DNA of 64,000 nucleotides. It comes from Macrostomum lignano. Lineage: Eukaryota. Both the position numbers and the translations under genes were made by a program. Positions 49,502 to 61,714 of the stretch are shown here, piece by piece. The notes beneath the pieces were generated by a model that saw only the letters and a program-made list of their open reading frames with translations, did not search any database and had not been told where the DNA came from. The DNA lies in the NCBI GenBank assembly GCA_002269645.1, contig NIVC01000875.1, forward strand, positions 357,539 to 421,538, written 5' to 3'. Within the stretch, counting starts at the first letter, position 1, and every line of letters starts with the position of its first letter.

Positions 49502-52500
49502 ATGGGCTCTGGTAGCTCAGTAAATTCCCAGGTAAGAAGCTTATGAAGCACGTCTAAGTACCATTCTTTTACAATAGTCAAGATGTATTAAAGGTATAAT
49601 GCTATTTGAGGATCGTTATTACAGGCATATTGCCGTTTGAGGATCGTTAGTACAGGCACAATCCCGCTTGAGGATCGTTAGTACAGGCACAATCCCGCTT
49701 GAGGATCGTTAGTACAGGTACAATGCCGCTTGATAATCGTTAGCACAGGTACAATGCCGCTTGAGGATCGTTAGTACAGGTACAATGCCGCTTGAGGATC
49801 GTTAGTACAGGCACAATCCCGCTTGAGGATCGTTAGTACAGGCACAATCCCGCTTGAGGATCGTTAGTACAGGCACAATCCCGCTTGAGGATCGTTAGTA
49901 CAGGTACAATGCCGCTTGAGGATCGTTAGCACAGGTACAATCCCGCTTGAGGATCGACAGGCGAAGCTCTTTTTAAAACGTATCATTCTTTCGCTTTGAA
50001 TCTTAAACTTTATTCTTAGGCAAAATCTGACACGGTTGATGAGTCAGCAGCCTTGCAGCGACTCTCCAAGCTTGTCATTCAAGGCGACTTCGGACAAGTG
50101 CGACAGCTGGCGATGCGCCGGTTAGTAAAGTCAAAAGATGGAAGTGGACGCACCGTTTTGATGCTAGTGGCCGACACACGTGGAACTCCTTTGCAAGCTG
50201 AAAAGTGCATCTTGTACTTGTTTGAGCTCGGCGCGGATCCGAAAGCATCTGACGCAGAGGGCAACACGGCTGCTCACCTGGCAGCCCGCCGGGACCACGT
50301 GCGAGTGCTGGCGCTGCTGCCTTTCGAGGCGAAGTGGCTGCAGAACGAGCGGGGACGCACTCCGCTGATGGAGGCGGTGCTTTTTGGCAGCTGGAAATGC
50401 GCCAAGCACCTGCTGCACCTGCTGAGGCAGGAGAGGTTCATAGACGAATACAGAGGCGTCAGTACAGCACGACAACTAGGCAGGTTTCTAAAGGCCAGCT
50501 ACACTGGCGATATGAGTCGAAACCCGATGAGGCAGAAGTTTTTTGGAATGAAGGACCAAAATGGTCGGACGGCGCTGGAGCTGGCGAAATTCAAGGGCTA
50601 CTCAGAGCTGGCCAGCTATATAGAACGGTGAGTGACTCTGGTGTGTAATATGCCCTGCTTTACTTTCTGGCTTTACAGAATAACATTCTCAAGAATAGCT
50701 GGTTTTGTCAATACGAGCGTATAACACGAGATTTTTTGGATTTTTTCTGCAGCGAGATGCGTCTGGATGTGGTCGCGATTGGGTTAATCAACGGTCTGAC
50801 GAAGCAGGTAAGCCTCGTTCGCTGGTGCGTGTCTCTTATTTACCATGTGGCAATGCATCTACTACTTAAGGGATCGGCAAACTTTTTTACCTCAAGGAAG
50901 GGCCAGATAAAGAACCTAGCTGCGGTCCAGATGAGAGAGGAAATGAGATAATAGATGAGGGAGAAGATGGGGAGAGAGGAGAAAAGAGAGTTGAGAAGAA
51001 ACCTCCTGATCTACTTAACGTCGATTTCCTGTTAAACTAATCGCTGCAGGAAGAGGCCGACAGAGAGAAGCTGGAGTGCCTGGCCCGGGAGGGCAACGTG
51101 GCGACGCTGCTGCGGCTGGTGACGCGCGCCAACTGCGATCTGCCTAGCAGAGCCGGTCACACCATGCTGATGCATCTAGTTCGGAGTGTCGAAATTGAAA
51201 ACGCGTCCGTTTGGAAGCAGCTGCTGAACCTGGCTGACCCAACCTGCGCCGATATAAATGCCAACACCTGTGTGCATCACGCAGCCGAGGCAGGAAACGA
51301 CTCGGCGATTGTCGCACTGCTAAATGCAGGAGCCGCCGCCAATGCCACAAAGGACAACGGCGAGACTCCCCTGATCGCGGCAGCCTCCAACACGCCCATT
51401 CGAAGAGCCTTCTTGACAGGGTGGTTCCTGTTGGCTGGAGGCGCCGATTGGAGTCTGAAAGACTCCCGTGGCTGCACTGCCTATGAAATTGCCCTCGAAT
51501 ATGATAAGGAGGATCTGACCGACTTACTGCAACCGTGAGTTTACATTTACCGCTCTTTATGGGCAAGTAATTTGCTCTGAAGGTGTTTCTACGAGCGTAA
51601 GTTGCCCTTGACTTCACTTGCTGATGGAAGTGACACGGGAAGATATTAATATAACAATCAAGTTCAATATAGCTCGCATGACCTGCAACATCGAAAAGTC
51701 GCCATCACAGAAGATTCCGTCTGTGATCGCTACTTTCGAAAGCGCTGGTAAAGTCTCTCAATCTTTGCGAGTGACGCAACTCAGCTACGCCACGGCAGAC
51801 TTGAGTTGAGGAATGAAGTGGGGGGAAGCGGTGTGCGAGGGTTGGACGGATTAAAGCTACCCGAGTGGCGACTTTGCTATGTTGCTGAGTATATTTTAGG
51901 ACTTTCGGATGTTTTAGTACATTTCCCATCGAAAAAAAGGTTATCGAAGAGTTGATTTTGTACTTGGCTCATATTGTCCAACTGCAAAACTGCTTGACAA
52001 AATCTAAACGTGCATCAGTAACAATTACCTTTTCGCTTGCCTGTTTCAGGTACCAATCGAAAAAATTCTTTGATGAGACTCCGAATCTGCCGTATGTGTT
52101 GATTGATATTTGTCTTGTACTTATTGCTCGTACTAGTAATTTTCAGTATAGGCGGATTGTTTAGAACAATGCTCTCATCCTTGTAGATGGAAAACGCGGC
52201 GAGGAGCTCAGACAGACGACATCTGGGACGAAGATGAGAGCTGGCAAGTCATACTACTGCAGATTGAGAGTTGGACCAGTGAAGGACACTCTGGTTTTAT
52301 AGATTTATGCGACCTATTTCTAGATTCAGAAAGCTAAAAATTGATAAAAAGCAACAGGTTAACGAGTATAGTTAGTACTTGAATTTAATCTGATTTAATC
52401 AATTTCAGGTCGCCTGAAAGAGCGGAATTTCCGGAATTTCAGCCGTCAACAGGCTCTCAAAGCGGTGCTACGACCAGACAGACGAACTGGTAAGCCACGA

Positions 52501-54103
52501 GGTCTCGCTTGCTTGCTTAAATGTACTATTGGGATTTTTTATTTGAGACATCGTCTGAGACTAGAAATAAGGTCTAAGTTAGGCTTAGTGTTCTTTTATT
52601 GGCTTAAAAATACTATGAATCTGAGGAAGTCCATAGACCCGAGGAAGGCCAATGATCTAATGTAGTCCATAGATCTGACGCTATGGAAGCCCATAGACCT
52701 GAGAGGAAGCCCATAGATCTGAGGAAGCCCATAGACCTGAGAGGAAGCCCATAGATCTGAGGAAGCCCATAGACCTGAGAGGAAGCCCATAGATCTGAGG
52801 AAGCCCATAGACCTGAGAGGAAGCCCATAGACTATAAACTTTTAAATCTGTGAAAGCAGCTTTTCTCGTGAATAAATTATATGAACCCACGAAATTACGA
52901 GCGTATTTTACCTTTTTTTAAAAACTATTAGGTATATAAATAATAAAATATAGAAAAATATATAAGGTTGGAGAGAATTTCTCGGGTTTGGTAATATATA
53001 ATTCAGTTTCAATCGCTATGCCCAATTCCAGGAGCGAAGAGGAGTTCTACCCAGTTACGAACCCGCAGGGATTCTGCATCATCATCAACATTGGCAAATA
53101 CGAAGAGTTAAAGCACAAGGAGGGAGGCACAGCCATCATCGATCCAGAGATACGTGAAGGATCGGCGAAGGATGTGCAGCTAGTGAGACAAGTATTCGAG
53201 GAGCTTCGTTTCATTGTCAAAGTTCGGGAAGACCTCAAAACTCAGGAGATCGACGACTATCTCAATGACGTAAAGAGATCAGAGGAGCTCAACAAGCACG
53301 GCAGTTTTGTCTGCTTTTTAATGGCTCACGGCAGCCACGACTGCATCTACGGAGCCGATTGGGTTCCTTATCCCATCGATAGGATCGTTGATAAATTTCA
53401 GGTAATTTAAAAATGCAGATTTTTATTGACAAAAACTACGGTAATTAGTCTACCAGTCTTATTGTCGTCAATGGTTAATTATTTGTATTGTACTTTTCTG
53501 AGTATCTGGGTGGTCTTTAGCGGGTTGAGGGACGCTACACAATCGCAAAAAATGTGTAATTTGTTACTCTAGGGAAAAATCTGCAAACTAATTTTCACGA
53601 ATTCGCTGTTTCAGTCCTACTTCTGCCAGGCTCTGTCCAGGAAACCGAAAATCTTCTTCATTCAAGCCTGTCGCACCAACACTTTAGCCGCTGCACGCTC
53701 CACCATTCGCTCCGACCGAGTCCCAGCCATGGGACAAGGCCAGACTCGCTCCACTCAAGAAGCTGGAGAGTCCAGCGTGACCTTCGATGCAGCCGCACTT
53801 GCTCCCCTGAGAAACCGAGACTTATGTCCGGCCGAAGGCGACTTTCTGCGCTGTTTCGCCAGCACACCGGGCTCCGTCGCCATAAGAGACACCCACAGGG
53901 GCTCGCCATTTGTGCAGATTCTTTGCCGCTTCATGCAGCAGCACTACAAGGTGCACGACGTGTCGCACATCATGACAAAAGTAAACAACTTTCTGCAGAA
54001 GAATTCTGTTGAGACCGGCGATGGCAAGTTGCAGTCTATTGTGACGCAGAAGGTGGACCAGCTGGCACGCCGGGTCAGCTTTGATCCCAGCAGGGCCAGC
54101 TAG
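49502..54103 (+). CDS. Putative N-myristoylated ankyrin-repeat caspase (763 aa); alternatively a separate ankyrin gene (49502-51538) and caspase gene (~53032-54103)
   Basis: Exons 49502-49531 (MGSGSSVNSQ), 50020-50627, 50753-50807, 51050-51534, 51673-51747, 52050-52091, 52187-52243 (GC donor), 52409-52489, 53032-53401 and 53615-54103; 2,292 nt with no internal stop. Ankyrin motifs GRTVLM, GNTAAHLAA, GRTPLMEA, GRTALELA, NTCVHHAA, GETPLIAA, GCTAYEIA. Caspase motifs FLMAHG and KPKIFFIQACR. The domains are high confidence; the fusion is moderate. Confidence 0.65.
49600..49955. repeat. 31-bp minisatellite (gcttgaggatcgttagtacaggcacaatccc) in ankyrin-gene intron 1
   Basis: About 11 units. Confidence 0.93.
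52620..52835. repeat. 38-bp (20+18) dimeric tandem repeat (gagaggaagcccatagatct-gaggaagcccatagacct)
   Basis: Direct reading; intronic in the fusion model. Confidence 0.9.
53032..54103 (+). CDS. Caspase catalytic domain (peptidase C14A), copy 1
   Basis: Exons 53032-53401 and 53615-54103: YPVTNPQGFCIIINIGKY, REGSAKD, CFLMAHGSHDCIYGAD, KPKIFFIQACRT, DFLRCFASTPGSVAIRDTHRGSPFVQILC. Confidence 0.93.
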
Positions 54104-55679
54104 GCCTCTCAAAGCCGGGTGACGTCTCAGTGAAGATTTTTTCTGAAGGAACTTGTTGTCAAATTGTTGTTAAAATGTACTCTTTATTCAGAATTTGACA
54201 GACCGTGATGATACGAAGTACGTTTTTCACCGGTCTCCTGCCCTTTAGGCCTATTTAATCTCGTCTTTTACGTCGTACTTTTTCGGTAGATTGATTTAAA
54301 CAGTGTTTATTTGTTAAATTTTTTGTTTGTATTCTTGAAATCTCAAAAACTGATTGCTGTTTTTTCGTTCTTGTTTTAGATGTGAAATCGAGCATCTTAA
54401 GATTCTGTGAACTGTGCTTTTGTGCTTAAAAGAATATTTATTTGTAACTACGCAATAATATATCTGCTTATTTCAAAATATTTATCAATTTTGCCCCCAC
54501 CCTTGTGTTGTCGCTAAGGAAAAAAATTGTGTCGCTAAAAGTGCATAAAAATGACGATGCTGTAAATATTTGAAACCGTTTTTTATTTATCCTAAATCCT
54601 TAGATATAGATTAATGCCTTAATTCATAGTCTTTCGTGTAGTAGCAAGCCGTGTGTGCGATGAAATGCAAGCTGCTAGACAATGAATGGAGCGGCTTCTC
54701 CCTCAGATCTGATGTGCCGAAAAGGTGCTTGGCATATTTTTACAACCCTGGGTCGCGCCTGGCCCAACCAACAAAAGGCTTGCACAACAATGGGCATAGA
54801 GTGAGTTCAATAGCGGCTTTAACTGCAAGCGGTTACCATAGTAACTGTACAGGAAATTGTCCAGGCCTCTCGGGCGCTGCTATGCTGATGTTCAATATTA
54901 AATTATAACAGTACTGTACAGTTTAACTGCCACACACTTCCGTCTCCTCTCCCTGTACTGTACACACCGCTTTATCGATCGTCCCAAACCCCTTCTTGAC
55001 TCCTAATTCCAGCCACCCCTGTCCCTTTATCTCTAAATAGGATGTCATTGGTTACGCTCAGGACAGGCTTCTTGCTCCAATACCTGGCTGCTCCTGCATT
55101 CTCGTTAATTTCACCCAGTAACAATAACAATAAAAAATAGTTCTGCCCGCGACTCTATAGACCATAGCGCTCACGTGATTTAAATTTTTTTTGTGCTTTA
55201 AAAGTACGTATAGAGTGAAACCATCTGCAACTATTACTGTTGTTAGTAGGCATTTGTGATTCGTTAGTGGCTTTAGCACAAGGGGGCTTTAGCATTAATG
55301 GCTTTAGCACTAGGAGCTTTAGCACCAAGGGGCTTTAGCACCAGGGGTTTAGCACCAGGGGTTTAGCACCAGGGGGCTTTAGCACCAGGGCTCCAGCTCA
55401 GTTCTAAGATAATCGATTGTTATCGTCACTTCATTTCAGAATTTCGAACCACTTGAGGTACTAAATTCACTAATAAATCGAAATTCTGGTCACTAAATAT
55501 ATCAAGCAGTTGGTCGGACCCGCAAAACTCATCCTTACTATACACCAGAATTTAGAAATACCCGAATAGAGATTCCCTTTTCCATTTAAAGAAGTATTGT
55601 AGTATGAATGGAAAATAATAGCAATTCCTTAATATTTCAGCCAATTACTTTCTCACTGAAATTGACGGACAATAATAGA

Positions 55680-55905
55680 ACGAAGACCTCAAAAGAGGAG
55701 ACAGGAGAGCAGATGAGATGAGAGAGGAGAGGAGAGGAGATGAAAGGAAAGGAGAGCAGAGGAGGGGGGAGAGGAGAAGAGGAGAGGACAGGAGAGGTGA
55801 GAAGATGAGAGGAGAGCAGAGGAGAGGAGAGAGGAGGAGAGGAGAGAAGAGAGGAGAGAAGGAAAGGAGAGGAGAGAAGGGAAGAGGGAAGAGGAGATTC
55901 GACTA
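55680..55905. repeat. GA-rich low-complexity tract
   Basis: Direct reading. Confidence 0.9.
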
Positions 55906-56372
55906 GGGAGCTGCAAAGAGACACAAACCTCGTGCGGGCCGGATTGCAATGCTAATGCGAAGTTTTAAAGGACCAGAGAGCCAGACAAGGACTACTTAAC
56001 AACAACAATGTTAAGTAGTACTTGGAGCCGGATAGATAGCCTTCGCGGGCCGCATGTGGGCCGCGGCCAATGTTTGCTGTCCCCTACCTTAAAAGACAAA
56101 TAAAAGTGCATTGATGACGCATTGCAAAATTGTACAGTATTATTCTCTATCTCCTACTTACGTCAGTAGCAAAAAGCTATTGCACGGAAAAAGAAATGAC
56201 AAGTAATGTACGAGTACTTCTAGAATAGAGTAAGAGATGGTAGGATAAAGTAACCCCCATTCTCATGGCAACCTGCACAAGCCTACAAAAGCAGTCACTG
56301 GGGCAGGTGCGCTAGTGGAGCGGATTCTGCTTTTTGTGCAAGCCAGCTCAGCTAAGAGATTTGACAAGTCCA

Positions 56373-58031
56373 ATGTCTTCTAAAAGAGCCACTGGTGTTG
56401 CAAGTCTCAATTTGGAAGTGAAAGAAATGTCTTCTAAAAGAGCCACTGGTGTTGCAAGTCACAATTTGGAAGTGGAAGCAAAGCTTAGCGGCACTACACG
56501 GTCCACTAGCCAATCTTCTAGTAATTATTCGACCCGAAGAACAAGAACACAGGTTGACGATGTGGATGAGCTATCAAATTACGAGAAACAGGAAAATTAG
56601 TATGTTTTTTACACAAATTTTGAAGAAGTCTCGTATTTTTCGTCTTTAAAAAGTTAATAAAATTTGGCCAATATTGTTTGAGCAGCCGGAGTACGTCGTA
56701 CGCAAAACCTCGGGAGACGGACATTAACAATCCTGGGAGTTACGAGAGTCCAGACCTGTATCCACAAGGTGCCACCGGAGTCTCTCGAAAAAGTGGAGGA
56801 CCGTCAATATGGTAATCTCAGAAGCTTCTCTCTGAAACTCTCTGAGTGTTCACTGAATGATTTCTTTCGTACTCGTATTTTAGGCTAGACGAGGACTACT
56901 ACAAAGTGACCAATCCTCAAGGATTCTGCATCATTGTCAACATCAACAAGTACACGGCTACTAGCGATATCACAGTCAGCCACGAGGAGCGCGAAGGTTT
57001 CCAGCGGGATGTAGATCGAGTGACCGAACTCTTTGGGAAGCTCCAATTCCGCGTCAAAAAGCAGGAGGACCTCACTGCCGAGGAGATCGACGACTTTCTC
57101 AGCGAGGTGAAGCGATCGAAAGAGCTGGCCAGACACGGCAGCTTTGTTTGCTTTTTTATGGCTCACGGCAGCCACGACTGCATATACGGCAGCGACGGCG
57201 TCCCGTATGAGATCCGTAAACTTACCGAGAGGTTTCAGGTTAGCATTGAACATTCTGTCTGAACTCCTTGTTATTAGCAATTGGAAGAATGATCTTGCCC
57301 GACATTTGAGCACGCAGCCAAACCCAGAATTCCACACAGCTGGTGCACATATGCATCGTCTCTTTCATCGACGGACCTCTCGGCTGATGACGGTACATGT
57401 ACAGTGTTCTACATACTCTAGCACAATGGTGGCATGAGTCAAAGAAACTTCCACTTGCTGAGATGCCGTTAAATTTACTTTTGCTCTGGTCTGCTTTTTT
57501 AAAAACATATTTTGTTCAAGCAATCTTAGCCTATGCTCAACCATACCTTCTCAGGCCTCCGTCTGCAAAAGTCTGGCTGGGAAGCCAAAGATTTTCTTCA
57601 TCCAGGCCTGCCGCGGCAACAGAATCGGTAGTCGGAGCTCAAGAATGAAAACTGACAAGCTTTCTGCGCCAGCCTGCCGAAATGCTGCATCGGCAGTCGA
57701 ATACTCCACTATGAGAACTGATGAGCCGCCAGCCCCAGTGCTCGACCCGGCCATCCACCCCGCTGAAGGAGACTTCCTGCTCTGCTTCGCCAACACCCCG
57801 GGCTCAGTGGCGTTCCGAGACACCGCCGAAGGCTCCGTATTTGTGCAGACTCTGTGCAGTTATATTGAAACAGATTTCAAGCGGCACGATCTCGGCTACA
57901 TCATGACCAAGGTGAACCGGCACCTGCAGAAGGAGCCAGTCCAGATCGATAACAAACTGTACCACGTCGTACCGCAGAAGGTTGACCAGCTCGCTTATAA
58001 AGTCAGTCTCGATCCCAGGAGGGCTCTTTAG
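56373..58031 (+). CDS. Caspase copy 2 with a Ser/Thr-rich disordered prodomain (~394 aa; true start uncertain)
   Basis: Exons 56373-56599, 56686-56811, 56884-57238 and 57555-58031 (phases 2,2,0). Motifs YKVTNPQGFCIIVNINKY, REGFQRD, FFMAHGSHDCIYGSDG, KPKIFFIQACRG, DFLLCFANTPGSVAFRDTAEGSVFVQTLC. Confidence 0.88.
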
Positions 58032-58195
58032 AAACTGAGACTGCAGCTTAAATGATAGCAAAAATTTGACAAAAGCAAAATAAACTTTTTTTGCTTGATC
58101 AAAACTTTTTTATCCGTTTGTAACCTTCTGTAACCAGCATATTGATACATATCTGCGAGTATATTCAATTTATGAACAAGTTAAGTTTAACCCAA

Positions 58196-58465
58196 GGGGG
58201 TTGCAGCCTTTGTGGTTAGAGCGTCTGACACACGACTGAAAGGTCGGGGGTTCGATTCTCGACCCATTCGCGACAATTTTTGTCCTTGAGCAGGACGCTT
58301 AACTCTACATTGCTTCAGTTCACCCAGCTGTAGAATGGCTGCCAGCATTAGCTGGGGTAATTGACTGTGGCGACCCCCCCCCCCCAGTGCTTGGACTGAA
58401 CAGCCGTACGCAGCCTTCAGATGCACCGCGCAATAGCTGTCGGTTGCTCATCCGCCCATTTGGGC
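58196..58465 (+). mobile_element. tRNA-derived SINE with CORE-like domain (copy 2)
   Basis: A-box TGGTTAGAG, B-box GGTTCGATTC, TGTCCTTGAGCAGGACGCTTAAC...CACCCAGCTGTAGAATGG, and a 3' part (cttggactgaacagccgtacgcagccttcagatgc) shared with copy 1. Confidence 0.8.
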
Positions 58466-59174
58466 AAATGTAATTAAATAATGTTTTAATTTTAATTTTA
58501 ACAATTATAATTAAACCTCTTTAGCCTCTATAAAACTCGAAAAAATGCCTCGTATTCCCTGGTTTTAAATTTTGCAACGCACCGTACAATGTATACAATA
58601 TTTTTGCCTCTAATATAAATGTATTATCGATACCAAATCCCGCGAATTTACTGATGGAACGGCAAATTTTGTTTGGGATTTGTTCCCTAATTCTGTTTTC
58701 AATCTTATCAAGCGCTGAGGCAAGATCTACCGCTATTATACAGCGTTGAGTAAATTAAACCTGACAGAGATGTATTCCTTGATCCCATTCCTTGGCTACA
58801 ACCCACACCCACACTTAGGGGTTCTCGGGTTCGCTAACGCTTTCGAACTCAAATTCCATCCTGCATCAGAAAGCCCTGGTGTGCTCACAATCAGAATCCA
58901 ATATAGCTCTGACAGCAATATTGATGGAGATGATGGATATTGGGATAACAATGGCTCTATTGCCTAGTTAAGAATTTACAACATCAACTGCAGGCTGCCT
59001 AACTAAGGCTATCGTATGAGTGCACACCAGCCACTAGGGTAAACCGAACCATGCTCTGCATTCAAAGTACATTAAATCCAGTTGCGTACACAGCAACTTT
59101 AACTGGAGGAGTGGCAACATTAATGGGGGTACCAATATTTGGTTTCTTAGTTCGCGCATCTATCTCGTACTTGT

Positions 59175-59995
59175 AGTTTGGTGCCCCTGTCTCTTGGTGT
59201 GGGTGCACTGTCTCTTGGTGTGGGTGCACTGTCTCTTGGTGGGTGTCCCTGTCTCTTGGTGTGGGTGTCCCTGTCTCTTGGTGTGGGTGCACTGTCTCTT
59301 GGTGGGTGTCCCTGTCTCTTGGTGTGGGTGCCCTGTCTCTTGGTGTGGGTGCACTGTCTCTTGGTGTGGGTGCCCTGTCTCTTGGTGTGGGTGCCCTGTC
59401 TCTTGGTGTGGGTGCCCTGTCTCTTGGTGGGTGTCCCTGTCTCTTAGTGGGTGTCCCTGTCTCTTGGTGAGTGTCCCTGTCTCTTGGTGTGGGTGCCCTG
59501 TCTCTTGGTGGGTGCCCCTGTCTCTTGGTGTGGGTGCCCTGTCTCTTGGTGTGGGTGCCCTGTCTCTTGGTGTGGGTGCACTGTCTCTTGGTGTGGGTGC
59601 CCTGTCTCTTGGTGTGGGTGCCCTGTCTCTTGGTGTGGGTGCACTGTCTCTTGGTGTGGGTGCCCTGTCTCTTGGTGTGGGTGCCCTGTCTCTTGGTGTG
59701 GGTGCCCTGTCTCTTGGTGGGTGTCCCTGTCTCTTAGTGGGTGTCCCTGTCTCTTGGTGAGTGTCCCTGTCTCTTGGTGGGTGTCCCTGTCTCTTGGTGG
59801 GTGTCCCTGTCTTCTGGTGTGGGTGCACTGTCTCTTGGTGGGTGTCCCTGTCTCTTGGTGGGTGCCCCTATCTCTTGGTGGGTGCCCCTATCTCTTGGTG
59901 GGTGCCCCTATCTTTGGTGGGCGCCCCTTTCTTTTGGTGGGCGCCCCTGTGTTTTGGTGGGTGCCCCTGTCTCTTGGTGGGTGCCCCTATCTCTT
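59175..59995. repeat. 20-22 bp minisatellite (ctgtctcttggtgtgggtgcc)n
   Basis: Tandem units. Confidence 0.95.
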
Positions 59996-60364
59996 GGTGA
60001 AGCCACGGCTAATGCGCAAGAAAGTTGATAGGTTTACAGTAATTTAACAACCCTTTATGTTCTACTGTCGCTAGTAGCATTGCTTGATTTATAACTCTGT
60101 AGTTTTGCAAAAACTATATAGTTAGAAGTTGTTGACATGTATTAAAATATCGCTCGCGTTTAAACAAACAATAGAGCTTAAAGCGATGAATACATACTTC
60201 AACTGCAGAAAAATTGACTCATTCAAGAAGTTTACTAACTGAAAAACTTTACCAAGACGGTTGAAAAAAAATGAACTTCATACAAAAGTGCGTTTTCTTT
60301 CAATCAATCATCTACACTGCATTTCGAGCTCCGATCCTCCATTTTCTCCATGTTCCTTCCAGAC

Positions 60365-60690
60365 ACTCTCCCTATCTATCTCCCCCTCCGCCTCTCTATC
60401 TCTTCCTCCCGCCTCTCTATCTCCCCTCCCGCCTCTCTATCTCTTCCTCCCCGCCTCTCTATCTCTCCCTTCCCGCCTCTCTATCTCTCCCTCCCCGCCT
60501 CTCTATCTCTCCCTCCCCGCTTCTCTATCTCTCCCTCCCCGCTTCTCTATCTCTCCCTTCCCGCCTCTCTATCTCTCCCTTCCCGCCTCTCTATCTCTCC
60601 CTCCCCGCCTCTCTATCTCTCCCTTCCCGCCTCTCTATCTCTCCCTCCCGCCTCTCTATCTCTCCCTTCCCGCCTCTCTATCTCTCCTAG
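60365..60690. repeat. ~21-bp CT-rich minisatellite (cccgcctctctatctctccct)n
   Basis: Tandem units. Confidence 0.92.
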
Positions 60691-61714
60691 GTCTCTTTAG
60701 TTTCGGTTAAGGGTTAATATTTAGAAGTTTTTAAAAGATACGCTCGTAGTATTATAACAATGTAAAATTTCGAGTTTATTAAAAATCGCTCCCTACTTGT
60801 GGATAGAGAAATTTTATTTGACTGCTTTTGTTTTGATTTTTTCAATTCAACATTTTTTAAGTTAGGTTAAGCAGTAACGTCAGTAATCCAAAATAATATC
60901 TTAAACGAGCAAAATCGTGTTTGTCCGAGAATGCGGGTTTTCTTGAGAATTTACACACTTCGGGGGGCCGTCATATGGGGGCGCGGGTCTGAATGTACAG
61001 TCTATATCGTCTCTATAACCCCTCCCCACTGGGTCGGGTCCGTTAGCCCGCCTCCCCCTGGCACAGCGTACACTCGCGCACAAGCTGTCTCAGTGTACAT
61101 TGGAGAGAAGAAAGAGAGAGAGAGAGTTTTTATTACTGAACTTCCAAACCCAGAGGGCTGGGTGACCCCCTTTTCCAACTATTTATTAGTCGTTTTCAAG
61201 CGCAGCGTTCCTCCAGGCAATTACTATTTAGTTCCCACTTCCCGATATTAAGCCCCTGCAGCTCACGCAGGTAAATGACGCTTAGATTACGAAGATAAGA
61301 AAGGAGACAAAGTCAAAGAAGAGCAGAAGATCACAGCGCGCAGAGCAGGAGACGCAACAGCTGTTCTGTTGCCTTTGCCTTGCTGCGTAAGCTTTTGTGG
61401 TTAAAATGATTTGCAATGCGAGTATTGCAGCTATTGCTTGTTCTGACTGCGGCTCAACACGCATAGTTCTGTCATTTTACAATCAGAAATCGTTCATCCA
61501 GCCCATAGCAGCAAAGTTATGAGCAGTGCAACTATTAAAAGTCAACAATCTGCATTGGAGCAGTCGCTTCCATCGATTGAACTGCTAGCATATGCTGCAT
61601 GGTTTGTCATCGTGCTGGCTAGCGTGGGCCATGCTTTCAAGACTCAGATTATTCCTGAGAGCCGTGAGTAGCTATTTCTATTTTAGCTCTGAAGCCTGTT
61701 GATTCATGCTCCGT

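Noticed and set aside
58196-58275. Possible tRNA gene (also 37870-37948)
   Set aside because: A and B boxes are present, but I cannot form clean acceptor or anticodon stems, and the sequence continues into a shared SINE body.
60901-61270. CUB-like fragments (GYRDDIDCTF; TPFSNYLLVVF)
   Set aside because: They lie on opposite strands, are short, and I could not assemble them into a consistent exon chain.
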